Assembly: GCF_009914755.1 (NCBI RefSeq)
Contig: NC_060929.1
Source of the DNA: the human T2T-CHM13v2.0 reference genome, Homo sapiens
Length of the DNA: 64,000 nt
Strand: one strand, 5' to 3'
In this document: positions 14,693 through 29,385 of the stretch, piece after piece
Position numbering within the stretch: the first letter of the stretch is position 1
How the letters are laid out: each line of letters starts with the position of its first letter
Position numbers and translations under genes: made by a program
The notes under the pieces: generated by a model
What the model saw: only the letters and a program-made list of their open reading frames with translations
What the model was told of the DNA's origin: nothing
Databases searched by the model: none

Positions 14693-14736
14693 AGAAAAAC
14701 ACTAGACACTTTTAAGAAAAACAATAGACACTTTTA
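14693..14736. repeat. 22-bp tandem duplication (2 copies, 1 mismatch)
   Basis: agaaaaacactagacactttta / agaaaaacaatagacactttta. Confidence 0.9.
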
Positions 14737-14739
14737 AGC

Positions 14740-14930
14740 CTTCACATACATTGACCCCAATAACTCACAGCAATAATTTTGAAGTAGAAATTATTACCCT
14801 TCCTTCACAGATGAGAAAACTGAGGATCAGAGAGGTTAAGGAACATGCCCAAGCACACAGTGCAGGTAAGTGATGGAGCTGAAATTTGAAGTCATGTCTA
14901 TATGACTCGAAATTTTATATATTTCATGTG
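14740..14930 (-). mobile_element. MIR SINE
   Basis: cagatgagaaaactgagg...agagaggttaagg...gcccaag...cacag is the antisense MIR core. Confidence 0.85.
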
Positions 14931-15129
14931 TCATTAAGCTGATCACCATTCAGAGCCTCATATTTGGTCTGGAGAATAATAAAGTTCAATGAGAAGACGA
15001 AAAGCTTAAGCAGAAGGCAGAGAATAACCCAGCATAAATAAAGCCTAAAGACTTAAGGGCCAGGAAAGAATGATGACACCCGTCACCAGAACACCAGCTG
15101 AGGGAGATTTCAGTCTTAAAATTTTAAGA

Positions 15130-15880
15130 TTTTGTTCATTTGGAAGACAATTTGGAAATCAAGAGCCACAAAAAAAATTCATATCTTGTGTATTAGTCCA
15201 TTCTTACACTGCTACAAAGAACTACCTGACACTGGGTAATTTATGAACAAAAGAGTTTTAATTGACTCACAGTTCCACAGGCATAACAGGAAGCATGACT
15301 GGAAGGGCTCAGGAAACTTACAATCATAGTGGAGAGCGAAGGGGAAGTAAGCACCTTCCTCACATGGTGGTGAGAGAGAGAGAAGAGGGAAGGGAGAAGT
15401 GCCATACACTTTTAAGCCATGAGATCTTGTGAGAACTCACTGTAATGAGAATAGCAAAGGGGAAATCCGCCCCCATGATTCAATCACCTCCCAACAGGCC
15501 CCTCACCCAATACGGGGGATTATAATTCAATGTGATATTTGGGTGGGGACACAGAGCCAAACCATATCATCTTTTAACTCAGATATTATACTTCTGGAAA
15601 TCTATCCTAAAAATATAAACCAAAATATGAAAAAGCTATATGCAAAACATTCTCATCCAATTGATGTTTAGAATAACAAAGAAAGGTGGTGGGGGGAGAA
15701 CATAGAACATAAATGCCAAAACTGGGTAAATTATACTCTAATCAAATAATGACATGTTGTACAGCCAGCATGTCTATAAAATATCTATATATATTTGAGT
15801 TATCATGAAAAATTCATATGTTTTAAGTATAACAAATCAAAACATATAATTACATGTATAACTATAGTAATATAAAAGGC
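15130..15880 (+). mobile_element. Ancient L1M (L1ME-like) 3' fragment split by THE1D
   Basis: ttggaagacaatttggaaat...tttaactcag...acttctggaaatctatcctaa continues across the LTR. Confidence 0.55.
15189..15569 (-). mobile_element. THE1D-like (ERVL-MaLR) solo LTR
   Basis: tgtattagtcc...ctgggtaatttatgaa...aggaaacttacaatcat...gggtggggacacagagccaaaccatatca; near-TSD tcttg/tcttt. Confidence 0.9.
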
Positions 15881-17786
15881 AGCTATCAGGTTATTTCTGT
15901 TTTGCCTTAGTCTATCAAGGAAGTGAGATGGTAGACACATTTACCAGAGTTCATTAGATTACTGGACACAAGATCGAGTAAGACAAAAATACAAAAATAA
16001 ACTTAATGAAAAATTGCAATTAGAAAAAAATGATATATAAGAAAATAACACATTGATAATCCTACCAAAATATTCAAAGTATCTGAGAATTAGATGAATA
16101 AAGAACATGCAAGATTATGGAGAAAATTGTAAAAATATTAGAGAAGTACATAAAACCCCCATAGATGATGGAGTTCAGTATCTTTTAAATGCCAATGCTT
16201 TCAAAATAATCTATAAATTCAACACAAGTTCAGTCCAAATCCCAGAAATATTTTTTTCAAGAAACTTCAATTTCACTAAGATTATTCTCCAGAAAAAAAA
16301 TTTGCAAGTTTTTACAAGATACTCATTGTAACACTGTTTGTAATTGAATGATAAAACATTTAGAAATGAGGTTTAAAGATGAATAATAAAAACAGAATAA
16401 CTTAATGGCATAACTGATTCTTAAAAATATATTTCTTTGTAATACATAAGAACTAATGTGACAAATAGAAAAAACTAAGATAAGTAAATCCAAATATATG
16501 TAATTACATTAAGTATAGACAAATCAAATGCTCCAATTAACAGATAAAAATTATCAACTTGTATAAAAAGCCAAACCAACTATGTGTCGCTTCTAAGGAC
16601 ACACCTTAAAGACAAGGACAATCAAAAATAAAAAACTTTGAAAAGTTGTAAAAGACTGAAAAGCTATATAATGAAGACACTAACAAAAAGAAGGCCAATG
16701 GAGTGATGCAAATGCCAAAGTAGGCTTAAAAGCAAGAAGTTTTAGTTGAGATTGAAAGGGATATTTCATAATTATAAAAGGATCACTGCAAAAGGAAGGA
16801 ATAATTCTAATCATAGAGATTTTAACACATTTCTCCAATAACATGTAAAAATAAATAAAATCAGTAGATATATAGAAGACTTTTAAAATATAAATAGCAA
16901 ACGTGGCCTAATTGAAGCACATAAAATTTTATGCCTAACTTCTATATAATATATACACATTGCTTTAAGGGATATGTAGGACTTTTACTAAAATAGACCA
17001 TATGTGGGGCCATAAAGAAATTCTCAGCAAATTTCAAAGCACTGAAATTATCTTGAGCATGTTCTCTGACAAATGAGCAAGGAATCAGTAACAGAAAGAT
17101 AACTAAAAAATTCTAAATATTTAAAGTAATTCATTTCACTTCTAAATAACCAATCAATTAAAAATTAAATGACAATAAAATAATAAAATATTTAAACTGA
17201 ATTATAATAAAAATAAAACACCAGAATTTGTGGGTCTGCTTGAGGGAAATATGAAGCCTCAAATGCATATATCAGAGAAGAAGGGCTGAAAATCAGTAAT
17301 ATCAAGAATCTAGAAAAGAACGGCAAATTAAACCCAAACATAATAGAAAAGAAATAATAAATACTGGAAATCAATTAATTGAAAACAAACAAACTGGAAA
17401 AGTTTAAGTTAAAAGTTGGGTTTTTGAAAGTAAGATTACTACTTCTTCCAATAAAATTGATAAAACCCTGAGAGAGTAATTTAGAAAAAAGACAAACAAC
17501 ACAAATTACTAACATGAGAAGTAAAAAGTGAAGCATCACTACAGATCCTGCATAGATATTATAAATGTAATGCAAAATGGCAATAAGCAACTTTAGCCTA
17601 AAACCAGAACATTCAGGTAAAATAGGTAAACCCTAAGGAAAAATTACTTACAACTGAGATAAGAAAAAAACCCAGAAAATTTGAATACCTCTGATATATT
17701 AAATATTAAAACCTATAATAAAAACTTTTCCACAGAGAAACTTCAAGCCCAGTTGGCCTCAAGCATGACCTCCTCAAAATATTTAT

Positions 17787-18234
17787 TATCCTGGGTTGAA
17801 TACTGTCCCTTGAAAATTCATGTCCACCTAGTACTTCAGAATGTGACCTTATTTGGAAACAGGGTGTTTAGAAATGTAATAATTTAAGATGAAATCACAC
17901 TGGATTAGGGTAGGCTCTAAATTAAATATGACTGATGTGTTCATAAGAACAGGAGAGGATACCTGGACACACAGGGAGAATGTCTTGTGACAACTGAGGC
18001 AGAGACTGAAGTGATGTGTACACAAGGCAAGGAAAGCCAAGGATGGCCAGTATTCATCAGAGGACAGGAAGAAGCTAAAAAAGGTCCTCTCCTAGAGCCT
18101 TCAGAGAGAACACAGTTCTGCCAACACCTTGATTTTGGATTTTTAGCCTCCAGCATTGTTAGAGAATAAATTTATATTATTTTAAGACAATCACTTTGTG
18201 CTAATTTGTTACAGTAGCCCTAGGAAACTAACAT
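17787..18234 (+). mobile_element. MLT1C solo LTR
   Basis: gggttgaata.tgtccc...cagaatgtgaccttatttggaaa.agggt...ctagagccttcagagaga...tttgttacagtagccctaggaaactaa. Confidence 0.9.
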
Positions 18235-18680
18235 ACTTGACCTTTGTACAACATGGGGGTTAGGAGCACTGACCACTTGCGCAGTCAGAAACACACGAAT
18301 AGTTTTTGACTCTTCTAAACACATGTATAGTTTTTGACTCTTCTAACACTTAACTGCTAATAGCCTACTTTTGACCAAAAGCTTTACCAGTAACAAACAG
18401 TTAACACATATTTCTTATGTTCTATGTATTATATACCATATTCTTACAATAAAGTAAGCTAGAGGAAAGAAAATGTTCTTAAGAAAATCACAAGGAAGGA
18501 AAAATATATTTACAATTCATTAAGCCGAAGTAGATCATCATAAGATCTTCACCCCAACATCTTCACATTGAATTGGCTGAGGAGGGGTGGTCTTGCTATC
18601 TCAGGATGGCAAAGGTAGAAGAAAATCTACATATAAGTGGAACCAAGCAGTTCAAACCTAAGTTGTTCAAGGGTCAGCTG
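18233..18680. mobile_element. Tigger2a/MER28 non-autonomous TcMar-Tigger DNA transposon, with an internal 28-bp tandem duplication (18289-18344)
   Basis: Terminal inverted repeats (ttgaccttt.tacaaca ... ttgttcaagggtcagctg) and body ttcttacaataaagtaagctagag; duplicated unit aaacaca..tagtttttgactcttct. Confidence 0.85.
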
Positions 18681-19431
18681 TGTATTTCTGAAAGAGTAAC
18701 AATCTTAGTCAAACTCAGGGTACAGAAAAAAAAAAAACCTTTTTCAATTCATTCTATCAGGCTATTGTAAATGTGATACAAAGCCTAACAGAAACACTTA
18801 AAGAAAGGATAGTTAAAAGCCAGTATTCCTTGTAAACATAGGCACAAAAATTCTAAGCAAAATGTTAAAAAATGAAATACGTACGCAACAATCAATATGT
18901 TACATTAACAAAATAAGAAAAAAATAGGATTTTAAAAAAAAATGCTTAAAAGACATTTGATAAAATTCACCAGCCACTCATCAAAAGTTTTACCAAGCTA
19001 GAAATAGAAGGGAACTTTCTTAGTTGACAGGAAGGAAGGAAAAAAAACATGATAGACAAGCATGCAGAGAGGCTTGGAGGCTGGCTCACAGCAAACATTA
19101 TATTTATGTTGAAGTAATGAAAGCTTTCTCCCTGAAATTAGAAAAGTTCTACAATGACAAGTGAACATTACATCGAAGTTTCTGACAAGTGCAACAAGGG
19201 GAAAAAAATGTAAAAGGGTTGAAGTGGAAGAAATAAAGTCATTATTTTCAGATAAAATGATTACATTCATAGAAAATTCAAAAGAATCTATAGATGAGTT
19301 ATTCGACAACAAGTATAATTAACATTATGCTTTAAAAAATCTAAATCAACAAACCACTTTATTTTCACAGCCTAGAAACAATTAGAAAATAAAATTAATA
19401 AAAGAAAATTTACATAATAGAGAAAAATTAT

Positions 19432-20956
<1,525 letters not shown>

Positions 20957-21029
20957 AGAAAAATTATAAAATATTCTAGGTATAAATGTAATGAAATAGA
21001 ACTACAAAACATTACTGAAGCTTTTATTA

Positions 21030-21660
21030 TGTTTAGGAGGCAGAAAATAGAGAAATTAAATTGGATCCTGGAGTATCTTCAGGTTTTCTTTCCGGTCAAG
21101 AGTAACTCAACAAACCTTAGTTGCTCAAACTTGCATATTCCCAAGAGGGGTTTGTTTCCATGATTGGCTCTTGGCTGGCTACTGGGAATTGAGATCTTGG
21201 AATGTTCTAAGTGATAAAAGTATTTTGCATGCTCAGGGCTTGAACTAATTTGAGTATTTTGAGCACACAATGTGATTTATAGTAAACACGTGCTTTTCTT
21301 CTGCAGGGACTTGGAGCTTCAGTAACTGCAAATAGTCATGAAGACACTATGTGTCTATCTGACTGACATCTGATTTTTAAAAATCCTGGACTTCTACACT
21401 TAGATAAACTTTCCTGGTAGACAACATTTTGCATGTATTGTCATTATTTGTTGCTAGAGGAATTAAGTATGTCCTGAGCTGTTCCTCTGGGGGAAGACTC
21501 TTGGAAGCTAACATCTGCTTTCCTCCAGATTTCTCCCCATTCTCCCTTTGCTGATTTTGCTTTGTATCATTTTGCTGTGGTTAACGGTAATCATTAGTAC
21601 AATAACTTCTCTCTATTGAATCAGCAAACCTGGGGTGGCTGTCAGGACCTCTGATGCAGA
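21030..21660 (+). mobile_element. ERVL-class LTR (MER77/MER68-like)
   Basis: ttcctggtagacaacattt...gttgct.gaggaattaag...gactcttggaagct...ccctttgctgattttgctttgtatc...aacctggggtgg. Confidence 0.7.
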
Positions 21661-22139
21661 CCCAAACAATGAGAATAAGCTATGCATCCTATAAAATCAG
21701 TTTTTTAAAAAATTCATTAAAAAGGTGAGGCCACAAAGAAACCTATGACTTAAAATTTAAGAAAGATTGTCCTTCTTTTTAGGGGAAGGAATAGACTAAT
21801 AGCTTCTTTTATCTTTGCCAGAGAGCAACACAAAAATAGAAGAAAGCTATCATTGGCATGATTTTTTTTTAAAGGCAGCCAAAATTTTAGCACACTTGAA
21901 AAAAAATTATGCCTTGGCATGGTAATTTAATCTGTATCTATTTGCCAACCTTTGTCCATAGTTCTTCATCAATTGCATACGGTAATAATCTGGGGCACAT
22001 AAGGAACACTGAGATATACTTTTCCTGAGGCACAGACATGAGGTACTTACTGACATATGAGGGCAGAGGAGAAGTGAGAGAAACCCCACAGGCACTCCAG
22101 ACTTTATCTAATAATGAATACCAAACAAGAATAGTCTAT

Positions 22140-23213
22140 TGTTGTGGGAAGTCAGGGACCCCAAACGGAGGGACCGGCTGAAGCCATGGCAGAAGAACGT
22201 GGATTGTGAAGATTTCATGGACATTTATTAGTTCCGCAAATTAACACTTTTATAATTTCCTATGCCTGTCTTTACTGCAATCTCTAAACACAAATTGTGA
22301 AGATTTCATGGACACTTATCACTTCCCCAATCAATGCCCTTGTGATTTCCTATGCCTGTCTTTACTTTAATCTCTTAATCCTGTCATCTCGTAAGCTGAG
22401 GAGGATGTATGTCACCTCAGGACCCTGTGATAATTGCGTTAACTGCATAAATTGTAGAGCATGTGTGTTTAAACATTATGAAATCTGGGCACCTTGAAAA
22501 AAGAACAGGATAACAGCAATGTTTAGGAAACAAGAGAGATAACCTTAAACTCTGACCACTGGTGAGTGGGGTGGAACAGAGCCATATTTCTCTTCTTTCA
22601 AAAGTAAATGGGAGAAATATCACTGAATTCTTTTTCTCAGCAAGGAACATCCCTGGGAAAGAGAATACGCGCCTGGGGATGGGTCTATAGATGGCCCCCT
22701 TGGGTGTGGCCATCTTCTATGGTTGAAACCGTAGAGGTGAAATAAATCCCAGTCTCCCATAGCACCCCCAGGCTTATTAGGAAGAGGAAATTCCCATCTA
22801 ATAAATTTTGGTCAGACCAGTTGCTCTCAAACCCTGTCTCCTGATAAGATGTTATCAATGACAATGGTGCCTGAAACTTCATTAGCAATTTTAATTTCGC
22901 CCTGGTCCTGTGGTCCTGTGATCTCACCCTGCCTCCATTTGCCTTGTGATATTCTATTACCTTGTGAAGTACATGATCTCTGTGACCCACACCTATTTGC
23001 ACACTCCCTCCCCTTTTGAAAGTCCCTAATAAAAACTTGCTGGTTTTGCGGCTTGTGGGGTGTCACAGAACCTACCGACATGTGATGTCTCCCCCAGACT
23101 CTCAGCTTTAAAATTTCTCTCTTTTGTACTCTGTCCCCTTATTTCTCAAACCGGTTGACACTTAAGGAAAATAGAAAAGAACCTACGTGACTATCGGGGC
23201 AGGTTCCCCAATA
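22140..23213 (+). mobile_element. Complete MER11 (MER11C-like) solo LTR of HERV-K(HML-8)
   Basis: Starts tgttgtgggaagtcagggacccc...ggagggaccggctgaagccatggcag and ends ...aaagaacctacgtgactatcggggcaggttccccaata; 1074 bp; perfect 6-bp TSD gtctat (22134-22139, 23214-23219); AATAAA at about 23028. Confidence 0.93.
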
Positions 23214-23449
23214 GTCTATGACTGAGAGAAAGGCAGGAAGATAAACCTCTAGGTACTCAGATCCCAAGTACTGCTAAAAGGAAGGATCTGATGACACACT
23301 CAATTAATTTAAATCACGTGGTTGATTTGAATCCAATTAAAACAAAAAAACCTAGCAAACTGGGTCAACTAGACCCAGTTTAACTATAGGCTAAATTGGC
23401 TTAATACTATACAACAGACTCAAAGAAGAGGCAAGCCCTTTTATGGTCA

Positions 23450-23950
23450 TGTATTAGTTTGCTAGGGCTGCTATTAAAAATTACCACAAACTGGGTGATT
23501 TAATCAATGGAAATGTATTCTCTCAGAGTTCTAGAGGCTAAAAGTATGAAATCAAAGTGTCAATAGGGCTACAAGACCCTTGAAGTCTCCAGTGAAGATT
23601 CCTGCCTTGCCTCTTTTTGATTCTGGTGGTTGCCAGCAGTCCTTGGCATTCCTTAGCTTGTGACCATATAACAGCATTCTCTGCCTCTGTCTTCACAGAG
23701 CCTTCCTCCATGTGAGTGTCTGTCTGTCTCTGAATCACTTTCTCTCCTTATAAGCACACCAGTCATTAGAAATAAAGCCTGCCTTAATTCAGTGTGACCA
23801 CATCTTAACTTGAATACATCTGCAAAATACCTATTTTCAATTAAGGTCACATTTACAGGCACCAGAAGTTAGGACTTCAACGTATCTTTTTTTTGTGAGG
23901 GGGAGGTTAGGGTGGGAGGAGGGACAAAGGACACAATTCAACCAACAGAA
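23450..23950 (-). mobile_element. MLT1C solo LTR
   Basis: tgtattagtttgctagggctgc...taccacaaactgggtg...cagtccttggcattcctt...aaggtcacatt...ggacacaattcaacc. Confidence 0.85.
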
Positions 23951-23954
23951 TACA

Positions 23955-24830
23955 GATGTTATTCATTTAAGTCTTCACTGTTCTTTTACTAACAATGTTT
24001 TGCATTCATTCAAAAATCAGGAGATCTGAGAAAACAGGAAAATGTAATCAGTCATCAAGAGTGAAGATATTCAATAGAACTAGATCTAGAATGGCCCATG
24101 TGCTAGAATTATCGAGCAGACTTTAAAATAACTGTAAATTTGTTAACGAATCTAATGAACAATGTAGAGAACATGCATAAATATAAGGGCAATTTCAGTA
24201 GAAACATCAAAACTCTAAAAAAGAGCCAAGTAGAAATTCTAAAATAAAGAATTATTTTGATGGGCTTACATGCAGAGGTGATATAGCACAGGGAAGAATC
24301 AGTAAACTTGAAGATAGATGAATATAAATTTTTCAATCTGAAAAATAGAAAAAGTATATTTTCTTAAAAAAAAGAATGGAGTCAAACATGAGAAAAAGTT
24401 GAAAAAATTACTCTCCTGCAGATCTGTACTACAAGAAACACTAAAAGATCTTTAGTCTGAGAGGAAGTGATGCTGGAGAGAAACTTCATTGCAGGAGAAT
24501 GAATAAAGAACACCAGAAAAAGTTAGAATATTCAGAAATACATATGACCTTGCATGTTAAAGTGATTCTTACTGTATGCTTATGAGTATATATAAACATG
24601 TATTATGTAGACATCCATATATTTAAATTCCATTAAAAGTTTGTTTAAAAAATGAGAAAGAACTGTGATGTATAAAATATGTAGGAGTAAAATATATGGG
24701 AACAAGAGCACAAAGAACAAGAAACTGTTAATTATAGCATACTGTTCAAAGGCTCTTATGTTGTCCATGAAGCCGGAAAATATTTGTTGAAGACAGTTTA
24801 TGATAAAGTAGAGGTGCATTTGAGATCTCA
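23955..24830 (+). mobile_element. Ancient L1M 5'/ORF1-region fragment
   Basis: A-rich sequence with aaacaggaaaatgtaa, gcagactttaaaataact, gaaattctaaaa, aagaatcagtaaacttgaagatag (old L1 ORF1 motifs). Confidence 0.6.
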
Positions 24831-24835
24831 AGCAC

Positions 24836-25200
24836 TATACAATCCAATATGAGAGCTGACATGCAGGTATGGAGCCCCCGAAATGTGCCTAGTCAGAAAT
24901 TATGTGCTGTAAGTGTAAAACACAACCAGATTTCAAAGACTTGGTAGAAAAAAGTTAGAATGTTTATATTTATTAGAATATTTATATTACATTAGAATAT
25001 TTATATTATATTAGAATATATAAATATTAGAATATATTTATTACATTTGAAATGATAATATTTTGGACATATTATGTTCCATTAAACAGTAAGATTATTT
25101 ATACCTGTTTATTATTGTTTTTTTAGCATGGCTATTAGAATTTTTTAAATTATGTATGACCCACATTTATGACTCATTGTATTTTGATTGGACAGTACAA
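24836..25200 (-). mobile_element. MER33 (hAT-Charlie MITE) with an internal AT-rich minisatellite
   Basis: gtgctgtaagtgtaaaa.ac..ccagatttcaaagactt, tgaaatgataatattttgga, ttggacagtac terminus. Confidence 0.8.
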
Positions 25201-25209
25201 CTCTGGCAA

Positions 25210-26878
25210 CAATTAAAAATAACATAGAATAGACAAAGATAAAAATTAATAATAGTGGGGGACTTCAACACCCCATTGATAGTGTTAGACATATCATCAA
25301 GGCAGAAAACTAAGAAAGAAATTCTAAACTTAAATTTGACACTTGACCAATTGTTCCTAATAGACATCTACAGAATTCTCCATGCAATAACCACAAAATA
25401 TACATTCTTCTCATCTGCACACAGAATACTCTACAATCAACCACATGCCCATCCATAAAACAAATCTCAATAAATTTTAAAAAACAGAAATCGTACCAAT
25501 CATAATTTCAGAACACAGTGCAATAAAACTAGAAATGAATACCAAGAAATAAGATGTCTCTCAAAACCACACAATTGCATAGACATTAAACAACTTACTC
25601 CTGAATCACTTTTGGGTAAACAATGGAATAAAGGCAGAAATCAAAAAGTTCTTTAAACTTAATGCAAACAGAGACAAAACATACCAAAACTCTCTGGGAT
25701 ACAGTCAAAATAGTGAAAAGAGGAAAGTTTATAATGCTAAATGCCTGTAACAAGAAGTTAGACCTCAAATTAATAATACAATATTGCACCTCGAGTAACT
25801 ATGAAAACAAGAACCAACCAACCCCAAAGCTATCAGAAGACAAGAAATAACTAAAATAAAAGCAGAACTAAATGAAACTAAGATGCAAAAATCCACACAA
25901 AAGATCAACGAAATCAAAGTTGGTTTTTTGAAAGGATAGACAAGATCAATAGACTTCTAGCTAGATTAACAAATAAAAAAGGAAATAAGATCCAAATAAG
26001 CACAATCAGAATGGCAAAGACGACATTAAAAGTCAGTTCCTAGAAATACAAAAGATCCCCAGAAACTATTATGAACACCTTTATGTACCTAAACTAGAAA
26101 ATCTAGAGGAAATGTGTAAATTCCTGGAAAGACACAACCTCCCGTGACTGAACCAGGAAGAAGCTGAAACCATGAACAGACCAATAATGAGTTCCAAAAT
26201 TGAATCAGTAATGAAAACCCTACCAAACACAAAAAGCCCTGGACCAGATGGATTCACAGCCAAATTCTACCAGATGTACAAAGAAGAGCTGGTACAAATT
26301 CTACTTAAAGTATTCCAAAATTTCAAAAAAAAAATGGACCCCTCCCCAAATATTCTGCAGAGCCAGCATCCTCCTGATATCAAAATCTGGCAGACACACA
26401 AAAAAACAAAACTACAAGTCAATATCCCTGATAAACACCGACACAAATATCCTCAACAAAACACTAGCAAACTGAATCCAGCAGCAGATCAAAATGTTAA
26501 TTCACCACGATGAAGTAGGCTTCATTCCTGGGATGCAAGATTGGTTCAACACACACAAATCAATAAACGTGATTTACCACATAAACAGAATTAAAAACAA
26601 AAACCATGTGATTATCTCCCTAAGTGCAGAAAAAGATTGTGATGAAATCAAACATTTTTCATGATTAAAAAAACCTCAACAGACTAGGCATCAAAGGAAA
26701 ATAACTCAAAATATTAAAAGTCATGTATGACAAACCAACAGCCAATATCATAATGAACAGGCAAAAGCTTGAACCATTCCTCTTCCGTGCTGGAACAAGT
26801 CAAGGATGCTCACTCTAACCACTCCTATTCAACATAGTATTGGAAGGCCTAGCCAGAGCAATCAGGTAAGAGAAAGAT
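25210..26878 (+). mobile_element. Older primate L1 (L1PB/L1PA13-16-like) internal ORF2 fragment, EN to RT
   Basis: ORFs 25255 (GDFNTPL...DIYRILH), 26172 ([14 protein letters not shown]) and 26248 ([17 protein letters not shown]) are ORF2 pieces with many stops and frameshifts. Confidence 0.88.
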
Positions 26879-27039
26879 AGGATAGGTGAGGCCAAGATGG
26901 TTGGCTAGAAGTAATATCTAAGGAGGTACTACTCACTCTCGGGGTCCCACACGTGCTGTTATCATCCTGAGAGTGAGCGCTTTCTTGTTGCATCTCAGGC
27001 ACCTCTCTTGACTCAACATAGTTTCAGTCCTGCTCCTGG

Positions 27040-27520
27040 CAGCAATACTCATATAATAGCCATAACACCCAAATATCCATCATTTGTAGAATAGATATGT
27101 AAACTACATAATATTTATAAAGTTCACTATACAGCAATAAAAAGAATAAACCGGTAATAAGCAACTACATGCATCAATCTCATAAATAGAATGTTGAATG
27201 TAAGAAGCTTGCAACAAAATAGTATAATTCCATTCATATAAAGTTCAAAAACAGGTAAAACTAATCAATTGTAGCAGAGATCAGAATAGAATACTCACTA
27301 GTTTTAGAAGGGATAATGATTATTAGGGTGCCCAAGGGAGGCTTCTGGAGTCCTGGCAAAAGTCTATATATTAATCAAGGTAGCAGTTACATCCATCAAA
27401 GTGACAGTATATATACTTGGTAAACATCCATTGGGAGGAATATGATCATTATATATAAAATAATATGTAACTTATGATTTGCTCGCTTCTCTATGTGTCA
27501 TTCTAATAACAAATATATAT
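27040..27520 (+). mobile_element. Ancient L1MC/L1ME 3' end
   Basis: acccaaatatccatca, ctatacagcaataaaaa, aattccattcatataaagttcaaaaacaggtaaaactaa, gggaggcttctgg. Confidence 0.7.
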
Positions 27521-28599
27521 TTTAAAAACCAAGCACAGGAACACGAACACCAAATTCTGGATACCGATACATGGAGAAAAAGGAAGGTGGAGACCATAAT
27601 GGGTGAGGGGTAACAGGGGAATTTACCTGTATCTGTAATGTTTCTTTTATTTTAAATAATACTGAAACATATGGCAAAATTGTAGAATTTCATAGAGGTA
27701 GGTAATGCATACTGAGTTCATTGTTTTTCTCTGTACATTTCGTTTTCAATGTTTCATACCTTTAGAAAACCACCATGAGTTATCTGGAGCTGGGATGTGA
27801 TCCACCAAGGGGCCAGTACAACCCACAAAATTATTAAAACCTGTTGCAAAATGCTATAAAACTTTGCTTTCTCAAGTAGGCTTCTCATTGTGCCCAACAC
27901 CGAGGTAAAACATGATATTTGCAGTAAGTGCTCCTATTTCACCGGAGAAAATAATGCAAATAGAGGAGAGCTCATTTTCACTTTCCTTTAACATTACAAG
28001 ATTTGAAAGTGAAGCTTCAGAGAGAATATCCTGCCCATTGTGTCTGTCAAAGTCTGATGTTCTTTGAAAAACAAATGACAAGTGGTTCTGTTCCAAACAA
28101 AATTGATTTGGGATCAGTGAGAAAAGTTAAAATTGTTAACTTTACCCTTGGGAGGGCTTATGTGTGACAAACCTACAACCACACATACTCGCACTTTTCC
28201 TTTCACCTTTTAAGCACAAATTTAAAAGAAACTAGTAGAAACTGGACTTTTCACTGTGTTTCAGTTAGCCTACTGCTTACCTCCATTTCAAAAGTGGCTT
28301 CATGTATTAGAAATAAAGTAGCTAAAAATATTTCACCACCCCATATGTATGCCACTGTTGAGAGTACAAGACCCCCTGTGTCATTCTTATGGTCAAGACA
28401 GAACCAACTGGACAGCTTTCATATGTATGCACATTAACGTGAGGTTCCACATCCAATCTGTGACAGGCTCACTATAAACTGGTTTTCTCTCCTTGTTCTG
28501 GGCTCAGTTAAAAGGGGGAAGAGCAGCAAGGATGTCAGGGATGAATACAAGGGGACACGGTAACAAATCGACCATATGGAAAGACCAAGGTAGGTCTCA

Positions 28600-28790
28600 T
28601 CTAGTGGAAAAAGCAATGGGCTTAAGACTCAGAAGCTCTACATTAGAATTTTGACTCATTGGGCTGATCAATCATGAGCAAGCCATTTTAACCTCTCAGA
28701 GTCTCCTTTCTGCAAAACGAACAAGGTAATACCTCTCTCTGGAGTTTTGTGTGGTTTACATGCTGAGAAATGTTGAGAATATTACATGGG
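28600..28790 (+). mobile_element. MIR fragment
   Basis: tagtggaaaaagca...gcaagccattt.aacctctcagagtctc..ttc.gcaaaa. Confidence 0.55.
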
Positions 28791-29385
28791 CATAAGGCAT
28801 TAAGAGAAAATGCCTATCATTGGCTCACCTACCGTTAAAAGCCTTGAACATACTATCCAATCTAACTTTGTCAAGTTTCATTCTTTTCCCCACACACCCA
28901 TGAGTCACTATATATTGGTTTCATTTCTTCCACCTCCTCTACAACTTCTCAACAGGCCATTAGTTATCTTCATAACAGACTATGAGGTGACAAGGTATTT
29001 GAGCTTTTGCACTTCTTGGCTTCTCTTTTCAGTTTTGATGTGTCTGAAATGCTATCTTTTGGTTAAAATGAATAATGTGTCATTCACAAGCAGATCACTA
29101 AATGACAGGCACTTCTCAAAAGACAAGTTAACCAGACTTGTTAACTAACTCATGCTGTTTATCAGGATGGGGTCAAGAAGGGTCAACATTTTGAATAGAA
29201 GTGATTATGAGCCACGACTAAGGAAATCTTTCCTAGCTCCAAGCAGCCCTATAGATTTGTCAGACTGCATGCTTTGGAACAAATTGCAACAAAATTGCTA
29301 AACTTTGTATTAGTTTTACCTTACATGGCAAAAGCATTTGCAAGTAACAGGCTGGTGTTTTATATTTCATCCAGGTTGAAGGGAT

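Noticed and set aside
22200-22370. About 90-bp direct repeats (attgtgaagatttcatggaca) within MER11
   Set aside because: These are a known feature of the MER11 consensus and are not locus-specific.
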